Assembly: GCA_963798085.1 (NCBI GenBank)
Contig: CAWCRS010000007.1
Coordinates: 288,001 to 352,000 of the forward strand
Origin: an uncultured Gemmatimonadales bacterium
GTDB taxonomy: Bacteria > Gemmatimonadota > Gemmatimonadetes > Longimicrobiales > RSA9
Reading direction: 5' to 3'
DNA length: 64,000 bases
Shown here: positions 11,610 through 21,371 of the stretch, one piece after another
How positions within the stretch are numbered: position 1 is the stretch's first letter
How the letters are laid out: every line of letters starts with the position of its first letter
The notes under the pieces: model-generated
The model's database searches: none
Seen by the model: the letters and a program-made list of their open reading frames with translations, nothing else
Told to the model about the DNA's origin: nothing
Program-made: the position numbers and the translations under genes

Positions 11610-13124
11610 TCAACGTTCAGGCTCCAGCCGCAGCACACCCGTTGCCATGGCGCCAGCCGACGAACCCCGCAGCACGGCCCCGCCCACGCCGCTCTCGAGC
11701 CGGTAGCGTTCCGCGATCGCGTCAACGGTCTCACCCGCGCCTCGCCGGCCCAGCACAGCGACCACGCCGCCATTGCCGCCGCCCGTGATGCGCGCACCGA
11801 AGAGGCCGCGTTCGGGACCGGCTTCGCGCACCAGCTCGACCAGACGGTCCGTGCCCGTGGAGCCCAACCCGCAGGCGCCGTAGCTGGCGTGGGACAGCTC
11901 GAGCAGCTGACCCAGCAGGGCGGCGCGTTCTTCTAACTGCATGTTATAGGCGACGACAGCGTCCCGATCCGCCGGCGCGTCCGTCCCGCCTGGTGACGCC
12001 AGGCTCTCGAGCAGCGCGCGGAACAGGCGCACACGCTGGTGCTCGTGTATGGGATGCGCGGTGGGCTGGCGCACGCGGTACAGGCGAGCGGGATCCACGG
12101 TCGTCACGGCGTCCGTGGTGCCGCCGTAGCGGGCGAGGAACTCGATGCCGGACAGTGACTCGGGGACAGCCGCGCGGAAGCGCTGCTCCCACTCCAAAGG
12201 TGGGATGCTGGCGAGGTAGCCGTGCCAGTGCGGGTCGCGGATGCGGACGCGGCCGGGGCAGTCCGTGAGCGGAACGATTTCGAGTCGCGCACATTCGGCA
12301 ATAATGCGATAGCCCATGAACGCGCCCACGCGCACCGACGTGTACGCGGTGCCGCTCACGTCATGGCCAATGCCCGAGTCGATGCCCCAGACTTCGAGGT
12401 CACGCGGCAGCGCCACGGTTGGCTGCAGCTCGGCGGGCTGGCACAGCAGTGCCAGCAGTCTGTCGGCCTCGCCGCAGGCTGCGGTCATTTGATCCATGAT
12501 GCCGCAGGGTGCGCCCACCACCAGGTTCTCGGCACGCTGGCAGAGTGTGGCCAGTTCCGGTCCCGTCAGCGCAACGTCGTACAACGCGGCCACGGCCTGC
12601 AGGGTGGCGACTTCAATGGCGGCGGAGGAGCTGACGCCGCCGCCCGGCGGCACGGTCGAGTCGAGCAGAACGCGCAATCCACGTTCGAGTCGCAGACTGT
12701 GCGCATGCGCCACCACCAGCAGCACGCCCGCGATGTAGGCGGCCCAGCGGCTGGCGGGATCGCTGCCGAGCAGCGCGCGCGCTTCCTCGAAGCCAATGGG
12801 CCGGCCGCCCGGCGCCAGCTCGGCGAGAGGGACTGTGACTTCGGCGCTGCCGCCGAACCCTGCGGCCTGGAGGCTGCGCATGCTAATGACGGATTTGGCC
12901 TGTTGCTGGACGGCGGCGCACGCCGCCACGGCGAGAGGCAGCTGGAGCACGAGCGCACCGCTGTAGTCGGCAACGCCGCCCATGACGTCGAGGCGGCCAG
13001 GCGCGCGCCCCACGAACAGCGGGCTGTGCGCGTCGAAGAAATCCTGGTGCCTGTGGATGGTGTCGAGGAAGCCGGCCAGGCCGGGCGCCAGCCGCTGCGA
13101 CTGCGGAGCCGTTCGCCAGCTCAT
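11610..13124 (-). CDS. GHMP sugar-1-kinase, plant L-arabinokinase-like (galactokinase superfamily)
   Basis: RAPGRLDVMGGVADYSG, PPGGGVSSSAA ATP loop, GAPCGIMDQ, GARITGGGNGG; GAGGAG RBS. Confidence 0.88.
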   Translation of the reverse strand: MSWRTAPQSQRLAPGLAGFLDTIHRHQDFFDAHSPLFVGRAPGRLDVMGGVADYSGALVLQLPLAVAACAAVQQQAKSVISMRSLQAAGFGGSAEVTVPLAELAPGGRPIGFEEARALLGSDPASRWAAYIAGVLLVVAHAHSLRLERGLRVLLDSTVPPGGGVSSSAAIEVATLQAVAALYDVALTGPELATLCQRAENLVVGAPCGIMDQMTAACGEADRLLALLCQPAELQPTVALPRDLEVWGIDSGIGHDVSGTAYTSVRVGAFMGYRIIAECARLEIVPLTDCPGRVRIRDPHWHGYLASIPPLEWEQRFRAAVPESLSGIEFLARYGGTTDAVTTVDPARLYRVRQPTAHPIHEHQRVRLFRALLESLASPGGTDAPADRDAVVAYNMQLEERAALLGQLLELSHASYGACGLGSTGTDRLVELVREAGPERGLFGARITGGGNGGVVAVLGRRGAGETVDAIAERYRLESGVGGAVLRGSSAGAMATGVLRLEPER

Positions 13125-13134
13125 GTCGCGCTCC

Positions 13135-14148
13135 TCAGAGGAGTCCGTGTCGGGTGAGTGCCGCGCCGAGTGCCGGCCGCACGAGTGCCGCGATGGCGGC
13201 GTTGGCGTAGCCGGTCCACGCAATGTTGCTGTCGACGTCGAGCGGTGAAGTGAGCGGCTCGCCCGTCGCATCACCCACAATGACGCCGGCCTCGCGCGCG
13301 ATCAGCTCGGTGCACAGGTCGTAGGCATGGCAGCAGAGCGAGGGGGGCAGCCCGCGCAGGCGCAGCACGGGCGCAATCAGCGGGCGCAGGTCGGCGACCC
13401 AGCGGTCGTGGCCCATGATCAGCTCGTACAGCTGGCCGCCGGTGCACAGGTACTGGTCCTCGAACGATGCGGGCACGCCGGGCGCCGGCGGCCCCAGCAC
13501 GGTGGCGATCACATCCTCATCGACCGCGGCGAGCACGTCACGCGCGCCGGGGAAGAAGCGCGCCAGTTCACCGAAGCCCTGCGCGATGCCGGCCGCTTTC
13601 GATGGCTGCGGCTGCAGCGGCGTCGTCACCCCTGACAATCTGTTATACCGTTGCCCGCGCACGCCCTGTCCACGCTGCGCCCACAGCACATCGCAGAGAT
13701 GCTGCTTGACCAGCGGAATCTCGGTCATGACGGCCAGCTCAATGGCGTCCAGCCCGGTGGCGGTGCCGAGGTTGGGCGCCACACCCGTCAGGATCCACGC
13801 GGGCCGCTTCTGGTACATGAGGCCGCGCGTGCCATCAATGGGGTCGACGATAATCCGCAGTTCGGCATCGGCCGCGCGTGTCCCTGCGGGCAGCGTGACC
13901 TCGCCGGTGTCGCCCAGGCCCTCGGCCACGAGCACGCAGGACCACTCGTCAGCGAGAGCGCCGAACTGTTCCAGCAGCACGCTCTCGGAGATCCTGTCAA
14001 TGGCGAAGATCGTGTCGCCAGCGTGCATGCCCAGCGGCGCCGCCATTTCCTCGAGCGTGGCGCGCTCGCAGGCGGCGACCACCGTGTCACGGATGGAAGC
14101 GTGCAGCCCCCGAATGCGCTCGCACAACGCGTCCGCGTTGCGGATCAT
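13135..14148 (-). CDS. Inositol-monophosphatase-superfamily (FIG) phosphatase
   Basis: VAEG and IIVDPIDGTRG metal-binding motif; REAGVIV. Confidence 0.85.
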   Translation of the reverse strand: MIRNADALCERIRGLHASIRDTVVAACERATLEEMAAPLGMHAGDTIFAIDRISESVLLEQFGALADEWSCVLVAEGLGDTGEVTLPAGTRAADAELRIIVDPIDGTRGLMYQKRPAWILTGVAPNLGTATGLDAIELAVMTEIPLVKQHLCDVLWAQRGQGVRGQRYNRLSGVTTPLQPQPSKAAGIAQGFGELARFFPGARDVLAAVDEDVIATVLGPPAPGVPASFEDQYLCTGGQLYELIMGHDRWVADLRPLIAPVLRLRGLPPSLCCHAYDLCTELIAREAGVIVGDATGEPLTSPLDVDSNIAWTGYANAAIAALVRPALGAALTRHGLL

Positions 14149-15210
14149 GATGCGTCCTGCACGAGGCGGAAATGCGTTGTCGACTGTGCGCGCAGCTCGG
14201 CTGCTTTTTCCTCCGGCGCCGTATCGCTCAGGAAATTGCCGCCGCCGATCTCGGGCCCTGCCAGGTATTTCAGTGTCGCCGGCTTGCGCAGTGGCGGCAG
14301 GAACCCGATGTAGAAGTGATAATCCTGATGCTCCTTCCCGTCCGTGGGCGCCTGGTGCAGCGGCATCACGTAGGGGAACGATGTCCGCCAGAGGTTGTCG
14401 TAGCGTACGGTGACGTCGCGCAGCGCGTGCGCCAGGCTGCTCACCTCCTCGTCGTGCAGCGCGTACACATGGGGCACGGTGCGCCGCGGCGCCACGTACA
14501 CTTCGTACGCATAGCGCGCGAACCAGGGCACAAAGCTGACCACGTGTTCGTCCTGGTAGAGTATGCGACGACCGTCCCTCAGCTCCGCGTCAATGATATC
14601 GGCGAACAGGCTGCGTCCGCGTTCCTCGCGGTAGCGACGCTGCGCGGACTCCTCCGCATCGAACGTCTTCCACGTGAAGTTCGTGGCGTACACCTGGCCG
14701 TGCGGGTGCGGATTGGACACGCCTACCGCCTCGCCCTTGTTCTCGAAGATCAGGACCTGGCTGACTTCGGGCCGGTCGCCCAGCTCGCGCGTCTGGTGCT
14801 GCCACTCGCCGATGATCGACGTGATCTGCGGCACAGTCATTTCCGACATGGTCAGATCGTGGCGCGGGCTGTAGCAGAATGACACGCGCCATGCCGCGGG
14901 CGCGGCGCGCTCGCCATGGTGCCGGCAGCGCGCTCTCCACAATCTCCGGTGCGTCCGGCCCCACGCACGGCAGGTCGTTGTCGAACGCGAACAGCCCGCT
15001 GTAGTCCGGATTGGACGCGCCGCTAACGCGACGATTACGCGGGCACAGGTAGCAGTCGGCGTCGTACGCGGGCGGTCGTATGTCGTTGACCGACAGGCGC
15101 GCGCCGATCCAGGGGCGGTGCTGGCGGTGGGCTGCGACGATGATCCATTCTTCGCGCAGCGGGTGCCAGCGCTCTTCCCAGCAGCCTTCGGCTTGTGATG
15201 GTGCGTGCAT
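14145..15210 (-). CDS. galT: Galactose-1-phosphate uridylyltransferase family, one +1 frameshift near 14877
   Basis: ERWHPLREEW..RQHRPW, CYLCP, AFDNDLP in one frame; CYSPRHD, FENKG, SNPHPHGQ, KYLAGPE in the next; joined by removing one base in GTCATTCTGCTAC. Confidence 0.88.
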
Positions 15211-15372
15211 TTCGTGCGAGTGATACGGTTTGCGCTGCGGCCAGCGGCGGCTCAATGTAGCCGTCGAGGCGGGTGGCCGCAGCCGGATCGGGCGCGGGCC
15301 ATTGTTCGAGGGGAGCTCTTGCCCCATTCTCAAGCAGTGCGCCTCGTTGCTGGCCTCCTCCAGGGGTAACCG

Positions 15373-15921
15373 ATGGAACGTCGTGAATTGCTGCGCAGCC
15401 TGGGCGCGGCCGCCGCGCTCTCCGTTGTGCCCCGCCATGCCGGAGCCGTCTGGACGCGGGTGGCATCATGGCAGCCCGCGACAGCGGGCCTGACGGAAGC
15501 GCAGCTCGCGCTCGTGTCGGCGCTCGCGGATACCATCATTCCACGCACGGATTCACCCGGCGCCCTGGATGTGGCCGTGCCCGCCTGGGTCGACGTGATC
15601 GTGTCGGAATACTACGCGGACGAGGAGCGCATTTCGTTCCTGTCAGGGCTGGATGCCATCGATGCGCTGGCCCGCACGACGGCAGGCGCTCCGTTCGCCC
15701 GGCTCACGGCAGCCGCGCGCGAGGCGGTGATGGCGGCGCTCGAGGATCGCGGCGACAGGCAGGCGCCCGAAGCACGAACGTACTGGCGGCTCAAGGGACT
15801 CGTGCTCCATGGCTACTTCACCAGCGAGCGTGTGCAGAAGGACGTGCTGCACTACGTGATCATGCCGGGTCGCTTCGATGGCAATGCGCCCATGCCGGCG
15901 CATGGAGGCGGCGATGCGTAA
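15373..15921 (+). CDS. Gluconate 2-dehydrogenase subunit 3 family, Tat-exported partner of GMC oxidoreductase
   Basis: MERRELL Tat motif; ADTIIPRTDSPGA, GYFTSE. Confidence 0.9.
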   Translation: MERRELLRSLGAAAALSVVPRHAGAVWTRVASWQPATAGLTEAQLALVSALADTIIPRTDSPGALDVAVPAWVDVIVSEYYADEERISFLSGLDAIDALARTTAGAPFARLTAAAREAVMAALEDRGDRQAPEARTYWRLKGLVLHGYFTSERVQKDVLHYVIMPGRFDGNAPMPAHGGGDA

Positions 15922-17605
15922 GGCCGACACGTACGACGCCATTGTGGTGGGCTCGGGCATCAGCGGTGGCTGGGCCGCGAAGGAGCTGACGGAGCGCGGC
16001 CTGCGCACGCTCGTGCTCGAAGCCGGCCGCGCCATCGATCCCGCGAAGGACTTCTGCGAGCACGTGCAGCCGTACGAGATGCATTTCCGCGGCTGGGGCG
16101 ACCGCAAGGTGCTGGAGCGCGATCATCCCATCCAGAGCGAGTGTTACGCGTGCGACGAGCTGGGTCAGCGCTTCTTCGTGAACGATCACGAGAATCCCTA
16201 CACCAGCCCGGACAACGCGCCCTTCCGCTGGTTCCGCGGTCGCCAGGTGGGTGGCCGCTCGATCACGTGGGGGCGGCAGGTCTATCGCTGGAGCGATCTC
16301 GACTTCGAGGCCAACGCGAAGGATGGCCACGGCAGCGACTGGCCCATCCGCTACGCGGACATCGCGCCCTGGTACTCACACGTCGAGAAGTTCACAGGTG
16401 TGACCGGCGCGCCCGAGGGTCTGTCGCAGCTGCCCGATGGCGAGTTCCTGCCGGCCATGCCCATGACCGTCGTCGAGCAGATGGCGAGGGAGAAGATCCT
16501 GCAGGCGTTCGGCGGCGAGCGCGTCCTGACCATCGGCCGCGCCGCCATCCTCACGCAGAACCACAACGGCCGCCTGGCCTGCCACTACTGCGGCCCCTGC
16601 GAGCGCGGCTGCATCACGCACTCCTACTTCAACAGCATCGGCAGCACGCTGCCCGCGGCCCGGAAGACCGGCCGGCTCACGCTGCGCCCTAACAGCGTAG
16701 TAGCAGAAGTGCTGTACGATGCGAAGCAGGGTCGGGCGCGCGGCGTGCGCGTCATCGATGCGCTCAGCCGGCAGGACCTGGAGTTCGAGGCCAGGGTCGT
16801 GTTCCTGTGCGCTTCGACCATCGAGAGCATCCGCCTGCTGCTCAACTCGAAGAGCGCGTCCTTCCCGGACGGCATGGCCAATTCCAGCGGCACGCTCGGC
16901 CGCTACGTGATGGACCACCATTACGGATCAGGGGCGGGCGGACGCGTGCCCGGCTATCTCGACCGGCGTACGACCGGCCGGCGCCCGAACGGCATCTACA
17001 TCGCGCGCTTCCGCAACGTGAAGACCGCGCATCCCGATTTCCTGCGCGGCTACGGCATGCAGGGCGGCTCGGGCCGCGACGGCTGGGGCCGCGGCGCCTC
17101 CATGCCGGGCTACGGCGCCGCGTTCAAGCAGTCGCTGATCGACGAGCTGGGGCCGTGGTCGCTTTCCGCTTCCGGCTGGGGCGAGACACTGCCCAACGCG
17201 GACAATCGCGTCACCCTCGATCCCGATGTGCGCGACAAGTGGGGCATCCCTGCGGCGCACATCGATGTGCGCTGGCGTGAGAACGAGCAGGCCATGGATC
17301 GCGACATGCAGACCGCCATGGCGGAAATGCTGGAGGCCGCGGGCTGCACGAATGTTCGCACGCACGGCTCGAACAACCCGCCCGGCCACTGCATTCACGA
17401 AATGGGTGGCGCGCGCATGAGCCGCACCCCGGTCGAAGGTGTGCTCAATTCGTGGAATCAGGCGTGGGACGTGAAGAACCTGTTCGTCACGGATGGCGCG
17501 TGCATGGCGAGCAACGGCTGCCAGAACCCGAGCATCACGTACATGGCGCTCACGGCCAGGGCCGTGGCGCACGCGGTGGATGAAATGAAGCGGGGCGCGC
17601 TATGA
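15914..17605 (+). CDS. GMC-family FAD oxidoreductase (glycoside 3-dehydrogenase-like, Fe-S Cys motif)
   Basis: GSGISGGWAAKEL FAD motif, GGRSITWGRQ, CHYCGPCERGC, IHEMGGARM, QNPSITYMAL. Confidence 0.93.
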   Translation: MRKADTYDAIVVGSGISGGWAAKELTERGLRTLVLEAGRAIDPAKDFCEHVQPYEMHFRGWGDRKVLERDHPIQSECYACDELGQRFFVNDHENPYTSPDNAPFRWFRGRQVGGRSITWGRQVYRWSDLDFEANAKDGHGSDWPIRYADIAPWYSHVEKFTGVTGAPEGLSQLPDGEFLPAMPMTVVEQMAREKILQAFGGERVLTIGRAAILTQNHNGRLACHYCGPCERGCITHSYFNSIGSTLPAARKTGRLTLRPNSVVAEVLYDAKQGRARGVRVIDALSRQDLEFEARVVFLCASTIESIRLLLNSKSASFPDGMANSSGTLGRYVMDHHYGSGAGGRVPGYLDRRTTGRRPNGIYIARFRNVKTAHPDFLRGYGMQGGSGRDGWGRGASMPGYGAAFKQSLIDELGPWSLSASGWGETLPNADNRVTLDPDVRDKWGIPAAHIDVRWRENEQAMDRDMQTAMAEMLEAAGCTNVRTHGSNNPPGHCIHEMGGARMSRTPVEGVLNSWNQAWDVKNLFVTDGACMASNGCQNPSITYMALTARAVAHAVDEMKRGAL

Positions 17606-18457
17606 AGCGGCGGCGGGCGCTGGGCGCACTGGCTGCGGCCGCCGCCTCGAGCACACTGCCCTGGCAGGATGCAGAAGCATTCGCGCCGGCGCGCGGCGCA
17701 GCAGGTCGCCTGAAACAGTCTGTTTCGCGCTGGTGCTACGGCAAGCTGTCACTGGACGCGCTGTGCGCCGCGGCGAAGGACATCGGCCTCGTGGCCATCG
17801 ACCTGCTGGACCAGCAGGACTGGATGACGCCGCGCAAGTACGGGCTGGCCTGCGCCATGGCCAACGGCTTCGGCAGCATCCCGCGCGGCTTCAACCGGCT
17901 GGAGAATCACGATCAGCTGGTGGCGGATGCGGAGAAGATGATCCCGGCCGCGGCCGCGGCGAACGTGCCTAACATCGTGTGCTTCAGCGGCAACCGCGCC
18001 GGGCTCTCCGATGAGGAAGGCATTACCAACTGCATCACCGGCTTCAGGCGGATTACGCCGCTGGCCGAACGCGCGGGTGTCACGCTCTGTCTCGAGCTGC
18101 TCAACAGCAAGGTGGATCACAAGGACTATCAGGCAGACCACAGCGGGTGGGGCGTACGCGTCGTCCAGGGCGTGGGCTCGCCGCGGCTGCGCCTGCTCTA
18201 CGACATCTACCACATGCAGATCATGGAAGGCGATGTGATCCGCACCATCCGCGACCATGCCGCAGTACATCGCACATTTCCACACGGGCGGCGTGCCCGG
18301 CCGCAACGAGATCGATGACACGCAGGAGCTGAACTACCACGCCGTGGCGAGCGCCATAGCCGACACCGGCTACACCGGTTACCTGGCGCACGAGTTCGTG
18401 CCCGCGCGCGACCCGCTGCCGTCGCTGCGGCAGGCGTACGAAATCTGTACGGTATGA
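17602..18457 (+). CDS. Tat-exported TIM-barrel sugar isomerase (hydroxypyruvate isomerase family), +1 frameshift near 18260
   Basis: LKQSVSRWCY, ELLNSKVDH, LYDIYHMQIMEGD, then HFHTGGVPGRNE and HEFVP in the shifted frame. Confidence 0.88.
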
Positions 18458-18518
18458 AGCGAACGCGTCGACAGGCGTCCCTGACAGATCCGTCAGTGCG
18501 CAGCGCAGGCGGCTGGTC

Positions 18519-19865
18519 ATGGCGCTGACACCGGAGACGCGCTACGCGCGCAGCGGCGATGTCTACATCGCGTACCAGGTGGTGGGCAACGGCCCGCTCG
18601 ACCTGGTGCTGATTCCGCCGTTCGTCTCGCACCTCGAAGTGTACTGGGAGGAACCCTCGCTGGTGCGCTTCCTCGAGCGGCTCGCTTCCTTCTCCCGACT
18701 CATCCTGTTCGACAAGCGCGGCACCGGTCTGTCCGACCGCGTCGCGGAACACGCGCTGCCGGATCTCACGGATCGCATGGACGACGTGCGCGCGATCCTC
18801 GATGCGGTGGGTTCGAAACGCGCGGCGCTGCTCGGTCCGTCCGAGGGTGGGCCCATGGCTGCGCTCTTCGCCGCAACCTATCCGGAGCGCACCTCGGCGC
18901 TGATCCTGTACGGTACCTTCGCCAGCACGATCCGCGATGCGACGTATCCGTGGGCCATGGCGGCGGAAGACCGGAGTCGCATCATCGAGACGATTCCGGC
19001 GACGTGGGGCCGCGGCCAGTACGTGGATCTGCTGGCGCCCAGCCTGAGCGACGACCAGCGCTTCCGCGACTGGTGGGCACGGCTCGAACGCATGGGCGCG
19101 AGCCCCAGCGCCGCCCGCGCGCTCCGTCGCATGAACGGGCAGATCGATCTGCGCTCCGTGCTGTCGGCGATTCGCGTGCCCACGCTGGTGCTGCACCGTA
19201 CCGGTGATCGCGATTCGTCCATCGAGGAAGGCCGCTACCTGGCCGAGCACATCCCGGGTGCGCGGTTCGTCGAGCTGAGCGGCAACGATCACCTGCCCTG
19301 GGCCGGCGATCAGGATGCGATCCTCGACGAGGTCGAGGAATTCCTCACCGGTGTACGCCAGGGCCCCGAGATCGATCGCGTGCTGGCCACCGTGCTGTTC
19401 TCGGACATCGTAGGCTCCACCGAAATGGCGGTGCAGCTGGGCAACCAGGAATACCGCACACTGCTGGAGAGCTACTACAGTACCGTGCGCCGTGATCTCG
19501 TGCGTTTTCGCGGGCGCGAGCTGGACACGGCGGGCGATGGCTTCTTCGCCACGTTCGATGGTCCCGCGCGCGGCATCCGCTGCGCCTGCATGACGCGCGA
19601 TGCGCTGCAGACGATCGGCATCCGCATCCGCGCCGGGCTGCACACCGGCGAATGCGAGGTTGTGCAGGACCGGCTCGTGGGTGTCGCGTTGCACATCGGC
19701 GCGCGCGTAGCGGCGCACGCGGCGCCCGGCGAAGTGCTGGTGTCGAGCACGGTCAAGGACCTGGTCGCCGGTTCCGGCATCCAGTTCCAGGATCGTGGCA
19801 CGCACAGCCTGAAGGGCGTGCCCGGCGAGTGGCGCCTGTTCGCGGCCACGCAGGAAATGGCCTGA
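18519..19865 (+). CDS. Alpha/beta-hydrolase fused to class III adenylate/guanylate cyclase (LipJ-like architecture)
   Basis: FDKRGTGLSDR, GPSEGG; cyclase motifs FSDIVGST, TAGDG, RAGLHTGEC, LKGVPG. Confidence 0.93.
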   Translation: MALTPETRYARSGDVYIAYQVVGNGPLDLVLIPPFVSHLEVYWEEPSLVRFLERLASFSRLILFDKRGTGLSDRVAEHALPDLTDRMDDVRAILDAVGSKRAALLGPSEGGPMAALFAATYPERTSALILYGTFASTIRDATYPWAMAAEDRSRIIETIPATWGRGQYVDLLAPSLSDDQRFRDWWARLERMGASPSAARALRRMNGQIDLRSVLSAIRVPTLVLHRTGDRDSSIEEGRYLAEHIPGARFVELSGNDHLPWAGDQDAILDEVEEFLTGVRQGPEIDRVLATVLFSDIVGSTEMAVQLGNQEYRTLLESYYSTVRRDLVRFRGRELDTAGDGFFATFDGPARGIRCACMTRDALQTIGIRIRAGLHTGECEVVQDRLVGVALHIGARVAAHAAPGEVLVSSTVKDLVAGSGIQFQDRGTHSLKGVPGEWRLFAATQEMA

Positions 19866-19956
19866 CGTTCAGGAACCATCGCTCATCCCGCGGCACAGGT
19901 TGACAGGCGCGCGCCGTTGCGTACCTCTGCTCTAACACATTGTTCGAGGGTGCGGA

Positions 19957-21321
19957 ATGATGGACATGCAGACGATTCTGGAACGCGCGGCGTCGGAGCA
20001 CCTGCGCCTGGTGCGGTTCCTCTACTGCGACACCGGCGGCATCATACGCGGCAAGGCTTCGCACGTGCACGGGCTGGCGCAGCGCATGCAGGAAGGCATT
20101 GGCCAGAGCCTTGCCCTGCAGGCCTTCGCGTCTGTCGACCAGCTCGCGTCCGTCGAGGGCATGGCGCCGGTCGGCGAGTTCCGCCTGGTGCCGGATCCCG
20201 ACAGCTTCGTCGTACTGCCCTACGCGCCCAGCAGCGGCATGATGCTGTGCGATATGCTGACCATGGACCGCACGCCGTGGGAAGCCTGCCCGCGCAGCTT
20301 CCTGAAGCGCGTGCTCGCGGGTGCCGCACAACTGGGCATCGTGGCACAGGCCGCGGTGGAACACGAGTTCTATCTGGTGCGCGAAACACAGGTCGGCTAC
20401 GAACCCATCGATCGCAGCCTGTGCTACAGCAGCATCGGCTTCGATTCCTCCGCGCGCATCATCGACGATCTCATTGCCGCACTCGAAGCGCAGGACATGC
20501 AGGTGGAGCAGTTCATGCCCGAGCTGGGGCCGGCACAGCAGGAGCTGTCCATCCGCCATGCCGATGCGCTGCGCGCGGCGGACAACACGTTGCGGGTGCG
20601 CGAGACGGCGCGAGGTGTGGCGCAGCAGCACGGCGTCATCGCCTCCTTCGCCGCCAAGCCGTTCCTCGATCAGGCGGGCAGCGGTGCGCACATTCACCTG
20701 AGCCTCTGGGGCGCGCCCGGCACCACGCACGCGGGCGAAAACCTGTTCCATGATGCCAACGGCCGCGGCGGACTGAGCCCGCTGTGTTATCACTTCATGG
20801 GTGGCGTACTGGCGCACCTGCCCGCGCTGCTGGCGCTGACCTGCGGCAGCGTCAACTCCTACCGCAGGCTGCTGCCGCACTTCTGGAGCTCGGCGTACAC
20901 GGCGTGGGGCTTCGACAACCGCGAGGGCGCGATCCGTGTGCCATCACGGTTCTGGGGCCGCGAGGCGGAGTCGACTAACCTCGAGTTGAAGCCGGCCGAT
21001 CACAGCGGCAATCCCTACCTCGCACTGGGCGGCCTCCTCGCCGCCGGCCTGGATGGCATTGCCCGCCAGCTCGATCCGGGCGAGCCCGTGGACGTCGATC
21101 CCGGCAACCTGACCGAGCACGAACGGTCCAGCCGCGGCATCAAGCCGCTGCCCGGCAGCCTGGAGACGGCGCTCAACGCGCTCGAGGCCGATGCCGTGCT
21201 CACGCAGGCGCTGGGTCCGCTGCTCACCCGCGCCTACCTCGCCGTCAAGCGGCTCGAAGTCGCGTACTTCGCGGACAAGCCGCCCGAGGAAGACGCGCGT
21301 CAGCACCTGTACAAGTACTGA
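19957..21321 (+). CDS. Glutamine-synthetase-family protein (GS-like gamma-glutamyl ligase)
   Basis: EHEFYL, ELGPAQQE, FAAKP..GSGAHIHLSL, NSYRRL, DNREGAIR, ELK, NPYLAL. Confidence 0.92.
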   Translation: MMDMQTILERAASEHLRLVRFLYCDTGGIIRGKASHVHGLAQRMQEGIGQSLALQAFASVDQLASVEGMAPVGEFRLVPDPDSFVVLPYAPSSGMMLCDMLTMDRTPWEACPRSFLKRVLAGAAQLGIVAQAAVEHEFYLVRETQVGYEPIDRSLCYSSIGFDSSARIIDDLIAALEAQDMQVEQFMPELGPAQQELSIRHADALRAADNTLRVRETARGVAQQHGVIASFAAKPFLDQAGSGAHIHLSLWGAPGTTHAGENLFHDANGRGGLSPLCYHFMGGVLAHLPALLALTCGSVNSYRRLLPHFWSSAYTAWGFDNREGAIRVPSRFWGREAESTNLELKPADHSGNPYLALGGLLAAGLDGIARQLDPGEPVDVDPGNLTEHERSSRGIKPLPGSLETALNALEADAVLTQALGPLLTRAYLAVKRLEVAYFADKPPEEDARQHLYKY

Positions 21322-21371
21322 GGCGGCTTCCGTCCTGACAGAACGTTAACGCTGGCAGAATTCTGGCAACA

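Noticed and set aside
19900..19930. TTGACA upstream of the GS-like gene as a promoter, and the gene as canonical glnA
   Set aside because: The -10 box is poor, and the protein looks like the GS-like ligase group rather than GSI, so no symbol was given
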